From assembly GCA_964016885.1 (NCBI GenBank), contig OZ024762.1, positions 25,854,001 to 25,918,000 on the forward strand: a stretch of 64,000 nt of DNA, written 5' to 3'. Below, one piece after another: positions 42,662 to 60,271 of the stretch (its first letter is position 1; each line of letters starts with the position of its first letter). Position numbers and translations under genes: made by a program. The DNA comes from Eledone cirrhosa. Lineage: Eukaryota. Under the pieces are notes generated by a model. That model made no database searches. It was not told where the DNA came from and was given only the letters and a program-made list of their open reading frames with translations.

Positions 42662-42707
<46 letters not shown>

Positions 42708-42916
42708 TATACACATATATATATATATACATATATATATACATATATATATATATATACATATTTAAATATATATATAATGCATATATATATATATATA
42801 AACGAGGTGATTAATCTCATTTGCATATGAAGCTGCATAAGTTGACTCATATTTATACATATTGTATAAAGCTATGCTTGAAGCGAAATCCTATTTCTAT
42901 ATATATATATATACAT

Positions 42917-43040
<124 letters not shown>

Positions 43041-43100
43041 TTATATATATATATATATATATATTTATTAAAATAACAGATTAAAGTTATTAGTCGTCAA

Positions 43101-43153
<53 letters not shown>

Positions 43154-43154
43154 T

Positions 43155-43239
<85 letters not shown>

Positions 43240-43280
43240 AATGTATATATATATACATTACATATATATATATATACATT

Positions 43281-43323
<43 letters not shown>

Positions 43324-43370
43324 TACATTACATATATATATACATATATATACATTACATATATATTTAA

Positions 43371-43409
<39 letters not shown>

Positions 43410-43604
43410 TACATTACATATATATATATACATATATATACATTACATATATATTTAAATATGTATATATATACATATTTAAATATGTATATATATATAT
43501 ATATATATTTATCCAGTGGGTGTTACTGCAGGTTCACCCGGGAGAGCACTCGATGTTTAGGTTCACTTCTGTGATGATGTGTAGAGCTATACACAGTGTA
43601 AAAT

Positions 43605-46335
43605 GTAGAAAGGATAAAAAGGACGATTGATTATTCATTCATTGCATTTATTGATAGGTGACGCGCGTTTCGCCACTGATCAGCTCAAGGTTCGATCTAT
43701 ATCGATCCTACCCGACTCAATAATCGTCAGGTCGACGGACCCTCTTAAAATGCTATAAGAAAATGAAATACATGCTATGTGGTAAAGTCAGAGTTTCAAG
43801 AGTTTGACAAAATGGGATGCTTTGATTGGTGAGAAGGATCAAGGACAGGAATATTGAACCCCGGATCTCGTGGTCAGTAAAAAGACGTGTGACATACATC
43901 CCCAGTTACAGAAACCACTGCAGATTATGCCTAACTGAGGGGGCGGAAATAATTAAACTTGATTCCGCCATAAACTATAGGTCGGACATAATTGTCAATT
44001 GCAGACACACTAGGATGCACACCTTTTCTGCACAAACTTTCGCGGGAAGACCACGCACTAACCATGACCCACCATAATAACAACCACACCTGCCCCGTAT
44101 CACCATCGCCCATCTCAACGAACTTTAATTCTAATCTAACTTCACTTTATCTTATTTCATTTCATTGAATTTAACCATATGTAAGCCCGTATTTTGTATA
44201 TCATGCCGCATACATAACCCACACCAAAAATCACACTAACCATGACACACCATATTAATAACCACCTATACCCTGTCTCAACATCGCCCACCTCAATGAA
44301 CTTATTGTATTGTACTCCATGTTACCATCTCTCAGCCCCCATTTGTATATCATGCCGCACACATCACCATCACCACCACCAAAATTCACATCAACATACA
44401 CACCTCATAGTTGCAACATCGTATTAAATCGGTACCATATGATACGTTCTACCTTGCAATCCACAATGACAAGGGACCTTGTAAATACAATGTCGACCAT
44501 ATCACACCATCGCCACCACCACCACACCACACATCGTCATGTGCATACCATACACGCCTACAACCTCATCCCCCCCATGTTCCCTCTATCTACCCTAACC
44601 TGCAACCCCACGCTAAATTCGACCCTGTAACTGTACTGTCGCACGCACACACAACCACCGCCACCACTAAATACATCCACATACTTCAACAATCATTATC
44701 ATTACATCATCAACACATATCACCCCCCGCTCCCAAATCGACTGTATTATATACCCCCCACCCCCCCGTCTGCCTACCATATAACACACCGTAACCTCTG
44801 ATCATGTAATCATCTTGCCGAACATATCACCCCAGTACCACCACCATCACCATGTCCACAACACACATCGCCGTACGTCCATAAACGCTTTTCCCCCGCG
44901 TTCTCTATGTCACCTTTTAACCGGTATTCGATCCGGTATATATATTTTTGTCCCTCACAACTCCACCACCACCACCACAAAACACAACTCCATACTTCAT
45001 CAACACATACCTCCACTCCCCAACCAACAATAGTGTGTGTGTCTGTGTGTAAGTATTTTACTCATACGGGCGTTTTAAGTGTGCGTGCGTGTACGCAAAT
45101 TTATCTCTATGTGTGTATGTGTGTATGTGAACACATGTGTATGCATGTCTATGTGTGTGTATATATATATATGAATATATATATCTGTATATATATGTAT
45201 GTGTGTGTGTGTATGCATATGTGTATGTGTGTGTATATATGTATGTGTATGTATGTGTGTGTATGTGTACGTCTGCATATATGTATATGGGCAAATCTGA
45301 CTGTATGTGTAGGTAGGCTCATATATGTGCATGTATGTGTATATGTGCGTGTATGTGTGTGTTGTCGGTACATGTGTGTGTATATATATATATATGTGTA
45401 TATATATATATGTGTGAGTATACGTGTGTGCGAGTGTGTATGTGTATATCTTGCATACATGAGTGTGAGTCCATGTGCCCAAACCCATGTGTGTGTATGT
45501 GTATGTATATATGTAAAACACCCTCTACATCGCCTCTCACCTTCCCCCCACCTCTGTCGTTCGCCACCCCCACCAATACTCCCCCACTCTCCATATTCGT
45601 GTCCGCATGCGCGCATGCACATACAAGTGTGTACATATACATATGGCTGTGTGTGAGCGTATGCCGATATGTGTGGGCAAGGATGTGCGTATGTGTTTTA
45701 TGTTGTGTGTGTTTATACAACAATATATGTGCACATATATACATATATGTGTGTATGTATACGTATATACAAGGTATCTGTCAGACGAAGAGCGTCTAAC
45801 TATGTATCTATGTAAGGACCTGACGCCACCAATACATCCACCACACCACCAAAAACGCCGCTACCATAGACAAAGGCAAAACTACCACACCCCACCCACA
45901 CGCCAACCCGTCTACTGACAATCTACTAACCTCATACCACAGCCCATCCCACTAAATAACCTTAACCACCACCATATCATCACATCCACCCCCACATACT
46001 CTACACGCCAAGGCCAAACCACCACCACCACACCACAGCCCACCTCATCCACAGACCGTCAGCAACATCTCACCATCACACCCACCCCCATATACACTAC
46101 AGGCCAGTACATCGCCTTGATCCTTCTCACCAATCAAAGCATCTCATTTTGTCAAACTCTTGAAACTCTGACTTTACCACATAGCATGTATTTCATTTTC
46201 TTATAGCATTTTAAGAGGGTCCGTCGAGCTGCCGATTATTGAGTCGGGTAGGATCGATATAGATCGAACCTTGAGCTGATCAGTGGCGAAACGCGCGTCA
46301 CCTATCAACGAATGATGCAATGAAGGAATAACCAA
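43605..46335 (+). mobile_element. Hydra-like PLE 3' fragment with long 3' region, bounded by inverted arms (43605-43845 / 46094-46333)
   Basis: ISWSVKR..CRLCLTE..INYR..NCRH GIY-YIG C-terminus (~43850-44077); arms are reverse complements. Confidence 0.7.
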
Positions 46336-46349
46336 TCGTCCTTTTTATC

Positions 46350-46403
<54 letters not shown>

Positions 46404-46408
<5 letters not shown>

Positions 46409-46573
46409 ATCAAAAGATGGTTAAAGGAGTTCAATATATTTTATTATGCGCATTTCAAAAACAAACATCATCAAACAATAATATTTGTGTTTTCATCAGA
46501 TAAAACAGGAGAACATGATATGAAGGCTAAAAAAACACTTGTTGATAGTGCAGTTTTAAATCAACTCACCTCC

Positions 46574-46577
<4 letters not shown>
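46404..46577. mobile_element. Family C remnant with HHR at 46439-46505 (-)
   Basis: Same termini as 4921-5185 and 12892-13315. Confidence 0.8.
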
Positions 46578-46655
<78 letters not shown>

Positions 46656-46811
46656 CATAATCGGAGAAAGCTAAAAGCGATACTCCGGCCAAATTCCAGC
46701 TCACTCAACAAACATTAGGAAATACCTGAGTATATTCCTAATTAAACGTTCGGGGTGCTAACTAATTGTATTGTGTGGAAAATTGGCTGTATCACTATAT
46801 ATATATATATG

Positions 46812-47047
46812 TATGACAAGTAAGTATGTTTTTAAAACAGTGAGTAGGTTTGAAATTAGAAAAGAGAATAGCTTTTCACCGTATTTTGACTAAAGAAATT
46901 TTAGTCTGATAATGGGGTTTAGAACCCTCAGATAAATGGAGAAAGATGAGTATTGATGTACATCAATACTCATCTTTTTCCATTTATCTGAGGGTTCTAA
47001 ACCCCATTATCAGACTAAAATATCTTTAGTCAAAATACGGTGAAAAG

Positions 47048-47051
<4 letters not shown>
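46812..47051. repeat. Fold-back element, same family as 157-408
   Basis: Arms ~46869-46957 / 46963-47051 centred on gatgtacatc; TA tracts on both sides. Confidence 0.8.
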
Positions 47052-47083
<32 letters not shown>

Positions 47084-47160
47084 GTGTGTGTGTGTGTATG
47101 TTTGTGTGAGTGTTATTCATAAATATATATGTAATGTGTACATATAAATATATATACATG

Positions 47161-49208
<2,048 letters not shown>

Positions 49209-49679
49209 ATATATATATATATATACTTATGTATATACACATACATATATATATATATGTGTGTGTGCGTTTGTGTGTGTGTATCTGATTATATTTCGTC
49301 GAAAAGGCTTAATAAGCTTAAAACTGAAAAACTGAACAGCAAACAGACAATGTTGAGAATCGTGTTTGTATGTGTGTGTAGATATATATATGTATATATG
49401 TATATATGTATATGTATATGTGTGTATATATATGTATGGCTTTTGTTTGTGGAGCTAGAGACCCCTAGTCTTCATTAAGACATGTCTCTAGAAGAAGGTC
49501 ACTCTGATATGAAATCTGTGACTTCATTTATATCCAATGATGTAGACCAGTTCTACTTTTTGGGGGTAAATGCATTTGATGTTCAGAGATTGGGATTGGC
49601 CCCGAGTAAAACCTTTCCTCGCTTAAAAACGCTTCAAAGCACAGGCAGCGCTTGTTATGTGACATTTATTGCGATGCAT

Positions 49680-49978
49680 TTGATGATGATGATTGATGAT
49701 GATGATGATGATGAGGATGATGATGATGATGACGACGACGGTGATGACTTTGACAAAGGGCAATGAAGGCGATGACGGCGATAATGATGGTGGTACCTTT
49801 AGTGATGGTGGTGATGATGATGATAATGGTGGTGCTGATGATGATGGTGATGGTGATGGTGATGGTGATGGTGAAGAGTATGTTGGTACATCTAATGATG
49901 GTGATGATGGTGGTGATGGTGAAGAGGATGTTGGTACATCTAATGGTGATGGTGATGATGATGGTGGTGGTGGTGAGG
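49680..49978. repeat. (GAT)/(GGT) compound simple repeat
   Basis: Direct reading. Confidence 0.9.
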
Positions 49979-50143
49979 TTAGTCCCATATCTACTAATCT
50001 CCAGCTAACCCAGTATAAATAGAAAGGGAGAAAAAAAGTGACAATATTACAAGCTTTGATTCTTTGGAATCTAATAACATATTAATGCGATATAACAAAA
50101 TTATATTATTTATACGTATATATATATATATATTTCATGTATA

Positions 50144-50240
<97 letters not shown>

Positions 50241-50277
50241 TATATATATATATATTTCATATATATATTTCATATAT

Positions 50278-50334
<57 letters not shown>

Positions 50335-50592
50335 CATATATATGTATATATATTTCGTATATATATATATATATATATATATATTTCATATATATATATA
50401 TTTTTCATATATATATATATATATTTCATATATATATATATATATATATTTCATATATATAAATATTTCATATATATATATATATTTCATATATATATAT
50501 ATACATATTTCATATATATATATTTCATGTATATATATATATATTTCATATATATATATATATATACATATTTCATATATATATATATATAA

Positions 50593-50669
<77 letters not shown>

Positions 50670-50684
50670 TATATATATATATAT

Positions 50685-50715
<31 letters not shown>

Positions 50716-50732
50716 CATATATATATATATAT

Positions 50733-50785
<53 letters not shown>

Positions 50786-50907
50786 TATATATATATATAT
50801 ATATATATTTCATATATATATACATATTTCATATATATATATATTTCATATATATATATATATTTCCTATTTATATATATATATATACATATTTCATATA
50901 TATATAT

Positions 50908-50942
<35 letters not shown>

Positions 50943-51103
50943 TTCATATATATATATATACATATTTCATATATATATATATATATACATATTTCACACA
51001 TATATATATATATATATATATGTGTATATATGTATATATATATGTATATATATATATGTATATATATGTATATATATGTATATAAATATATATATTCCGT
51101 TTA

Positions 51104-51186
<83 letters not shown>

Positions 51187-51246
51187 GTATATATATGTAT
51201 ATATATATATATTTGTATACAGACACAAATACAAACACACAGACAG

Positions 51247-51277
<31 letters not shown>

Positions 51278-51718
51278 CTTATATGCACATATACATATAA
51301 ACACACATACATATATATATATATACATATATACATATATACCTATTGTATCTCCTTGTTATTTTTCATTTGTTCAATAATAATTCACTAGTCATCATTT
51401 GTATTGTATTGTTATTGTTGTTATAGTTGTTGTAGTACTTTTTACCATTGTTCTTGTTGCTGCTGTTGTTGGTCTTTGGCAAATATAGTGTTATTATTGT
51501 TGGTTTTAGTCCTGCTTATTGTTGGCACGCTGTCTTAGAGATTCAAAATTATCATATATTTGGAGACTGTATGTCGTCATTCATACGAAATATTTCAGGC
51601 GACAAATGTTATTTTCTTGTTTTTCCTCTCAGAAAAATTAACTTACTTATTTCAAAGTGAAATATTAAAATATTAAATTAGACATATATATGTATATAGA
51701 TTTGTATGTGTGTGTGTC

Positions 51719-51781
<63 letters not shown>

Positions 51782-52482
51782 TTGTGGTGTGTGTGTCCAT
51801 ATATATCTATTTATGTGTATATATATATGTACTTATATATATATACATATGTATACATATATATATATTTATATATGTATATATATACATACATATAAAT
51901 GAATATATGTATATATATATATATATATATACATAATAAATAAATAAATACATATATATATATACCTAAATAAATATATATATATATATATATATAATAT
52001 ATATTATATATATATATATATATATATGAAAGGTATATATATATTTATATATTTTATGCATATTTATATATATATACATAAATATATATATACATGTATG
52101 TTTGTGTGTGTATATACACAATTGTCTGGTTGTATATTTTGATACCTTTTGTTTGATAATCGACGTGTAATATATGTAATATACGTGTGTGTGTGTGTGT
52201 GTGTGTCTGTGTGTGTGTGAGAGAGTGTGTGTGGGGGCTTGTGTGTGTGTGTACACGTGTGTGTGTGTGCACGTGTGTGTGTGTAAAGAGTGACAGAAAA
52301 AGAAAACAAAAATATATATGTAATCAATGAAAGGATTAAAGGAAAGCAAACTAAAATTTGATATATGGGTATATAACGAATAAATATGATTATATATGAG
52401 TATATATATATATATATATATATACATACACATATATATATATATTTATGTATATATATATATTTATGTATACATATACATA

Positions 52483-52566
<84 letters not shown>

Positions 52567-52689
52567 ATATATATATACACATATATATATGTAATATATA
52601 TATATATGTACATGTATATATATATATACATATATGCGCATATATATATACACATATATATATGTAATATATATATATATATGTACATG

Positions 52690-52757
<68 letters not shown>

Positions 52758-52764
52758 CATACAC

Positions 52765-52812
<48 letters not shown>

Positions 52813-53402
52813 ATGTGTGTGTATATATATACATACACATTTCCGCGTGGGCTTGTGTGTATGCTTATGTATTTATTTGCATTCATATGTTTGTTCATAT
52901 ATACGTATATACGTTCGCTTTTGCCAGTAGTTTATGTTTGTGTATATATATATATGTGTGTGTCTGTGTGTATGTGTCTATGTGTGTGTGCGTGTGAGAG
53001 TGGATTCTTTTGATCATTGCTTACGTGTTTATTCTCCTATCAAATATACTACACGCTTTATATTGTGTATTATATTCAATTATTGTTGGCAGGCAATACT
53101 AACGCGACGCTAATTTTTCTTATAACCATACACACATATATGTAGGATATATATATGTATAATATATATATATATATATACACCTATGTATATATATATA
53201 TATACAAATATGTATATATATAACTGAATATACATTTATGTTTCTGTGTAGATACGTATGTATCTGTGTATATATATTTATATATATGCGTGTGTGTGTC
53301 TGTGAGTGTGTGTGTTTGTGTGTGTAGACTAAGAGTGAGAGAGAAAGTGAAAAAGAGCAGAGATACCTATATATATAAACGTATATACATTTAAATTTAT
53401 AC

Positions 53403-53442
<40 letters not shown>

Positions 53443-54471
53443 TGTGTGTGTGTGTGTGGTATGTGTGTGTGTATATTGTATGTGTGACATTAAAACCGTG
53501 CCATTGCCTTATCTAAACCCACGCTATCCACAAATTCAAGAAAACACACACCGTATTTCTATTACCAAGCTCACTAACTCTACTCAAAACGCAGAGTTCT
53601 TCAAATATATTCTAACAATTGCTTCGAAACCACACACCAGACCTCCAATTTAAATATGAGTCAACCTGCTCCAATTACACTAATGTTGGTGACGAACGAC
53701 CTCGGGCTTCATCTGATGTCTACATTATTCCGCAGCGACTACTCCCCATGTAGTCACTTGGCACGACACGTCCACATGATCAGTATAAGTATCATGTATG
53801 TACGTTTGTGTGCTGACCGTCGTAAATTGTAATGAAAATCAAAACGATGAGGGCAAAGTATAAAAGTCAAACTTACTAATATCATACCCAGAAAATGGGG
53901 GAAAGAAATCCATGTAGACGTTTCGAACAATGTCGTTCTTCGATGAATATAGAGGGAAAGTGTAGAAAAGATAGACAAAAGCATTAAATATAAAACGAAG
54001 ATGAAAAGTTCCGCGTGTTTTGGAAATTAAACTTTTTAATATAACGATGGAGAAATTGGAAAATGAAACTCATATTAATGTTTCGGACAATAAACTTCTA
54101 CGCAAATTATATAGCGAGAGGGAAGAAAAGTGAAAATGGTGTCCTTGCATTCTTAACCATTTTGGAACATGGTGCATAGAATCTAGTGCACTTTATGTAT
54201 AGATATGACTTAGTGGTATATTATAGTAATACATGTGAACTCTCCCCATCTGACGGGGGTGATCTTCCACCCACTTTGGGGTGAATGAGAGATGTATTCT
54301 CTTGTGAAAATGGTTATAGCTTTCATTATGTAAAATCTCCCCAGTTTGCCTCATTTTCCCCCGTTTTGGGTACACCCGTTTGGGTTTTAGAGTTTAGCAT
54401 GTCTGTATTACAGTAATATATTATAGTATTCTTCATGTTCATATAAACATGATATTATTTACAGTAATAAT

Positions 54472-55040
54472 TGTTTCTACTTTAGGCACAAGGCCAGCAA
54501 TTACCCAGTGCATTACTGGTACTTTATTTTATCGACCCCGTAAGGATGAAAGGCAAAGTTAACCTCGGCGGGATTTGAACTCAGAACGTAAAGGGATGAA
54601 ACGATGCTGCGAAACAAGATGTCAGACGCTCTACCGATTCTGCCAACTCACCACCCTTAATAATAATGATTTCTACTTTTGGCACAAGGCCAGTAATTTG
54701 AAGGGGAGTGGGGAAATCGATTAAATCGCCCCCAGTGCATTACTGGTACTTTATGTTATCGACCCCGTAAGGATGAAAGGCAAAGTTAACCTCGGTGGGA
54801 TTTGAACTCAGACTGTAAAGGGACGTAACGATGCCGCGAAACAAGGTATCAGACTCTCCACCGATTCTGCCAATCCACCGCCCTTAATAACTGTTTCTAC
54901 TTTAGGCACAAGGCCAGCAATAGCCCAGTGCATTACTGGTACTTTATTTTATCGACCCCGTAAGGATGAAAGGCACAGTTAACCTCGGCGGGATTTGAAC
55001 TCCGAACGTAAAGGGCGCTGAAAAGCATGGCGTCCGATTG
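54472..55040 (-). mobile_element. Three head-to-tail Meta-like SINEs (54472-54657, 54668-54884, 54892-55040)
   Basis: Family core repeated three times, separated by (TAA)n. Confidence 0.9.
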
Positions 55041-55946
55041 TAACTCTAATAACGGCAATAATAGAGGAAAAGGAAACAATAGTATAGAAAGGATAAGGAA
55101 ATATAGAGAAAAAAAGAGAAAAAGAAAGAAGAAAAAACGGGAAGGGGGGTGGAGGGCAAGAGTTCTGGTATCGAAGAAGAGAGGGTGGGTGAAGGAGGAG
55201 GGTGATTGGGCTTAAGGCCTAGGGCAAGGGGACAGAAGTGCTGCGCTTCGGGGACAAGAAGGCCTAAGCAAACCCGCGGAACATGGCCAGAGTCACCCGC
55301 TGCAACAGCCACACAATCTCGCGGGGTTCCCTCCTCAGACGGGCCGCCGACGCTCCGATCTTGTGGAGGAGGTCGGTTGAACGGGGCCCAAGTACGCCTA
55401 AGGTCTCGACGGTGACCGGTAGATCCAAGACATATGTCAAACATATTTCAGTATGGCGCCCCTACGATTCCAATAACAATCAAGCTCCCTAAAGCAATAT
55501 AAGTCTGCATAAGCAACATATGCATGCGTACGTGTTTGTGTGTGTGTGAGTGTGGGTGTTGTAAGATTCATTAGGTTTAATCAACTCCACAACTGCGTAG
55601 CTCGACGGGAAATTCTCAACCATGAAACAGTTGTTAGATGTGTGTTATCATCCACACATATATACCTTTAACTACACACATATACCTTTCACTTGCACAC
55701 ACACACATATATATATGTATATGTTTGTGTAAACATGTATATATATATATATATATATACACACAAATGAAGGATGTATAAATATATGTGCGTATATATA
55801 CATATGTATATATTTATATATAGCGAGAGATACATATATATGTATGTATATACATACACACATATATATATATATATATATGAATATGCATATATATATA
55901 TATAGCGAGAGATACATATACATATATATGTATGTATATACATACC

Positions 55947-55990
<44 letters not shown>

Positions 55991-55993
55991 TAT

Positions 55994-56097
<104 letters not shown>

Positions 56098-56338
56098 GAA
56101 AGGTATAGAAAACACTGTAGCAAGAAGCCAACAGTATTCCATAATATATAAGTGACTATAGCGTCAAAATGGGAAAAATAATTCAAACTCATCTCAAAGA
56201 GAATCAGGATATAGATTCATCCACAGAATTTAGTGAAATCCAGGGAAAAATCAATAGAGCCTTAATTCATGATAAAATAAAGTTTAAAATACTCATCCTT
56301 CAATTTGGAAAAACTTCAAATGCTCTGTATAGTCTTAA

Positions 56339-56375
<37 letters not shown>

Positions 56376-56380
<5 letters not shown>

Positions 56381-58468
56381 CCGAAATCCAACCCATGCAA
56401 GGCCGAATCTACTGGGACGACGCCCTATATGCGGTCCACAATTGCACTAATCGGGGAATCGATTTGCTAAAGAAACAATTACATAGATTCTTCAAAAATA
56501 ACGGTCTCTCTATCACCATCGAGCCGAACCATAAAGTAGTAAACTTCCTAGACGTCACCCTGGATCTCAACAATAACCTTTATAACCCTTACCATAAACC
56601 AGGTGAAATACTCACACTCTAACCACCCATCGGCAGTCATCAGAGAAGTAATCAAATCTATCTCCTATAGGATTTCAATGCTATCAGCAAATGAGGAGAT
56701 ATTTACAAACCACGCACAATATTATAATAAGGCTCTCTCTGAATCTGGTTATAAACAATCAATTTGTTACATACCTAAATGCCATAACACAGCAATTCAC
56801 CATAATAAACTTAACACTAAAACTAGAAATACCTTAGCATATAGCCAGATTCGCCGGAATTTTAGCAGTGACAGCACCTATACAGGGAACTTTAATGGTG
56901 GCAACGGCCTGCTCCCCACTCCAAGTAGCAAACTAAAAATCAACCCTAGAATAGGAATGAGAAATGGGATGACAAATAACAAATCCCCAAGTAATAATAA
57001 CCCTAGGAAGACCCCTACAAACTGCACTAGAACCGCTAGAAGGAATAGACCTAGAAATATCACCTGGCTCAACCCCCCATTCTCATCTAATCTAGCCACT
57101 AATATCCCCAAACGCTTCTTCTCTATCCTATCCAAACACCCCCCCCCCCTAACCATAGATATTACAAACACTTTAAAAAATAACATTAAAATCTCATTCT
57201 CCACAACACCTAACCTAGCTAGCCACATCGCGTTCAGTAACCATCATAAGCTAAGACAGTATAACTCCCACACCGCGGTACCACCACCCCTATCAAATAC
57301 ACCACGCCACTACACCAATAATTACTCTAGTAGCACACCTCCCCCATCTAATCCTTCTAGCACGGACCTACCGCTTAGGTTAAACAACCCTACTCTCACT
57401 AACCGCAGAAGCAACTGCAACTGCCGTTACCCCAGTGCATGCCCATTAAATGGACACTGCCTGACACCCAACATATTCTATAGGTGCACGGTTGAGACTG
57501 CTTCGAATATCAGCTCTTATATCGGGTCTACCTCTAACCATTTTAAAGTACGCTATAACGCGCACTCTTTTTCCTTCCGAGACCCTAGCAACAGATGTTC
57601 GACATCGCTAGCTAGGCTCATTAAAAACCTTAAATTAAACAACGTTCAACACTCACTAAAATGGGATATCGTGGCTAGGGCCCAACCGTTCAATGGACGA
57701 AGAAAATCTTGTGATCTCTGTGTTACGGAAGCATATTACATAACTCTATCACGACCTCTACCGATTAACGATAGAACGGAGGTAACCATTAGCTGTCAAC
57801 ATCGAGGGGCTAATTCCTTCGCCAATAGAATATTTGACCCAACTTAGTCATGTAGCCCCATTTTTACTTGTAGCTAATAAGCTAAATTGCTATGAACAAC
57901 TCGATAATTATAAGTTACCTCCCCTACATTGTCTCTCAATTAAAAAAATTTAAAAATTAGCACTTAACTATAAACACCCATAATTTCTAATCTCTCGAGA
58001 AGTTACTTCCCCCGAAACCAACCTCTAATTAGTAAGGTAAATATGCCCTTTGGCAGCCATCTTGTTACCCGTAGGCAGATCTCACACAATGCAGCCTCGA
58101 CAGATGAATACTGCTTGATTATAGCTGACAACTGATGCAACCAAGACACCTTAGTAAAAACCAATATATGGAACATTATATTATGTAACATTATCCCATT
58201 ATTTTAATTTATATTCCTTTGAAGTTCCGATGAGCCACTCTGATTTTTAAATATGTTAATTATTTTCAACTAAACCAGATCAATTATGATATATAGTCAT
58301 CTGATCTAGAAATATTATATGGAGTAGCGAAACAATTGTAAACGGACATTATTATTATTAATATTATTATTATTATACTCTACATTCCTTACATCAAACT
58401 AAAATATGTTGACAATCTTTTAATAATGTCTTCCTTGTGAAATTTGTGGTCTTGTTTTGCTTAACTAA

Positions 58469-58470
<2 letters not shown>
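56376..58470 (+). mobile_element. Penelope-like element (Hydra-clade-like), 5'-truncated, with frameshift at ~56610; (TA)n at both ends
   Basis: IYWDD, VNFLDVTLDL, PYHKP, SNHP, ITWLNPPFS, CNCRYPSACPLNGHC, IFYRC..YIGST..FKVRY..H, LKWDI, CDLC..E, CQH (ORF 56603-57847). Confidence 0.9.
58224..58343 (+). ncRNA. Hammerhead-like motif with long stem II, core mutated (CCGAUGA)
   Basis: gtt CCGATGA gc..gc GAAA caattg TA aac in the PLE 3' region. Confidence 0.6.
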
Positions 58471-58532
<62 letters not shown>

Positions 58533-58535
<3 letters not shown>

Positions 58536-59849
58536 GGTGTTGGATGCTTTAAGCGTCCGTATGCGGTAGGCCGTATGAGCACTCAATGCCCTCGTAGAGC
58601 AGAGTATGATATCACAGAAAAAAGAGAATCAGTGTTGCGACGTAAGGAATTTATTGGACATATTACAATTGTTTCTCGGGCGACCAGCTCGAGGTACGAT
58701 CGATATGGTGACCAAACCTGACTCTGAAATCAACACGGTCGTCAGATACGTCCCGATTCTACGAAGCACATGTTCCTATAGTCCTTTAACATCGAATTTC
58801 TTCGTTTGTTGATTTAGATCCTGTTGTTGTCATTCTATGAGTGGTCAAGAATTGTACACGTCACCGGTATTTCTAGCCACTCATAGTTGCCCATTCCTGG
58901 CTCCCTCTCGTTCTCTACCTGTCAATCAAAATGTCTTCATATATCAGAATTACTACTGTGGTGGGAGAGGGGATGTAATCTTGAACGGCAGGCATCACTT
59001 CGACGTCTTCACTGCCCCTAGGGGCCTTAGTCTACAGCGGTCAGATACACACCCGCAATTATGCTGTATGCGGCAGTCATCATAAATAATGTTTGGAGGG
59101 AATTTAAAAAAACAACAACAAATCATAGGGATATTTAGCATAACATTTGTAGGACACAGCCTTAGGATGCACTCCACCATACATATTTAGCATAACATTA
59201 GTAGGACACAGCCTTAGGATACACTCCACCATACATATTTAGCATAACATTTGTTGGACACAGCCTTAGGATACACTCCACCATACATATTTCAAAAAGA
59301 AAAGGAAAAAGAGAAAGAAAGAACCTGTAGCAAGAACGTTTTTAAAAGGAAGCTTTCAACAGCCTTTCAAACGGAATGGCTATATCAAAGGTGTTTTCAA
59401 CAAATACACCCAAATTTACACTCACACACTGGACTCAGGGGAGCTGCGTAGCCAAGATGTCGAAGTGATGCCAGCCGTTCAAGATTACATCCCCTCTCCC
59501 ACCACAGTAGTAATTCTGATATATGAAGACATTTTGACTGACAGGTGGAGAACGAGTGGAAGCAAGAAATGGGCAACTATGAGTGGCTAGAAATACCGGT
59601 GACGTGTACAATTCTTGACCACTCATAGAATGACAACAACAGGATCTAAATCAACAAACGAAGAAATTCGATGTTAAAGGACTATAGGAACATGTGCTTC
59701 ATAGAATCGAGAGGTATCCGAGGACCGCGCGATTTCAGAGTCAGGTTTGATCACCATATCGATCGTGCCTCGAGCTGATCACCCGAGAAACAATTGTAAT
59801 TTGTCCAATAAATTCCTTACGTCGCAACACTGACTCTCTTTTATCTGTG

Positions 59850-59852
<3 letters not shown>
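58533..59852. mobile_element. Fold-back pseudo-LTR-like insertion (~400-bp arms 58608-59006 / 59455-59852) with a central 3 x 52-bp repeat
   Basis: Arms are reverse complements; tandem units start at 59131, 59183, 59235; (TA)n on both sides. Confidence 0.85.
58656..58753 (-). ncRNA. Type I hammerhead ribozyme with long stem II
   Basis: ggacgtat CTGACGA..GAAA caattg TA atatgtcc; 8-bp helix I. Confidence 0.75.
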
Positions 59853-59916
<64 letters not shown>

Positions 59917-59919
<3 letters not shown>

Positions 59920-60263
59920 CAACTCTGGATGTCGGTGAGCATGTCTAGCTAACTTCAATCTCCTCTGTGTCACTTTTGAGCTGATTTTTGGGAGGCTCCC
60001 ATACAGCTCAGAGTTTTTCATCCTCAGTGTATACTGATTAATGTTCAGAGTTGACATCCAGACTTGACATTGCACTCAGTGCTCCTGTGGGAGACCCTAC
60101 ATGGACACACTGGAAGAGGAAAACCAAGGTTAACGTATGTTGATGCCCTAAGGACAGACACTGGTCTGTTGGAGACGCGGGACATGGCAGCGATAATGGG
60201 GGACAGAGACCGCTGGAGAGAACTCGTCCATGGATCTCGGGAATTTTACCCGCCCTAGAAAAA
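59917..60263. mobile_element. RTE LINE 3' fragment with 5' inversion (59917-60048 minus, ~60056-60263 plus)
   Basis: Both parts match adjacent segments of 35516-35978. Confidence 0.85.
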
Positions 60264-60271
60264 TATATATA

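Noticed and set aside
55200-55445. GC-rich segment with GDSGHVPRVC on the minus strand, like an L1/Tx1 ORF1 zinc knuckle
   Set aside because: The first CxxC is not in frame; too short to call
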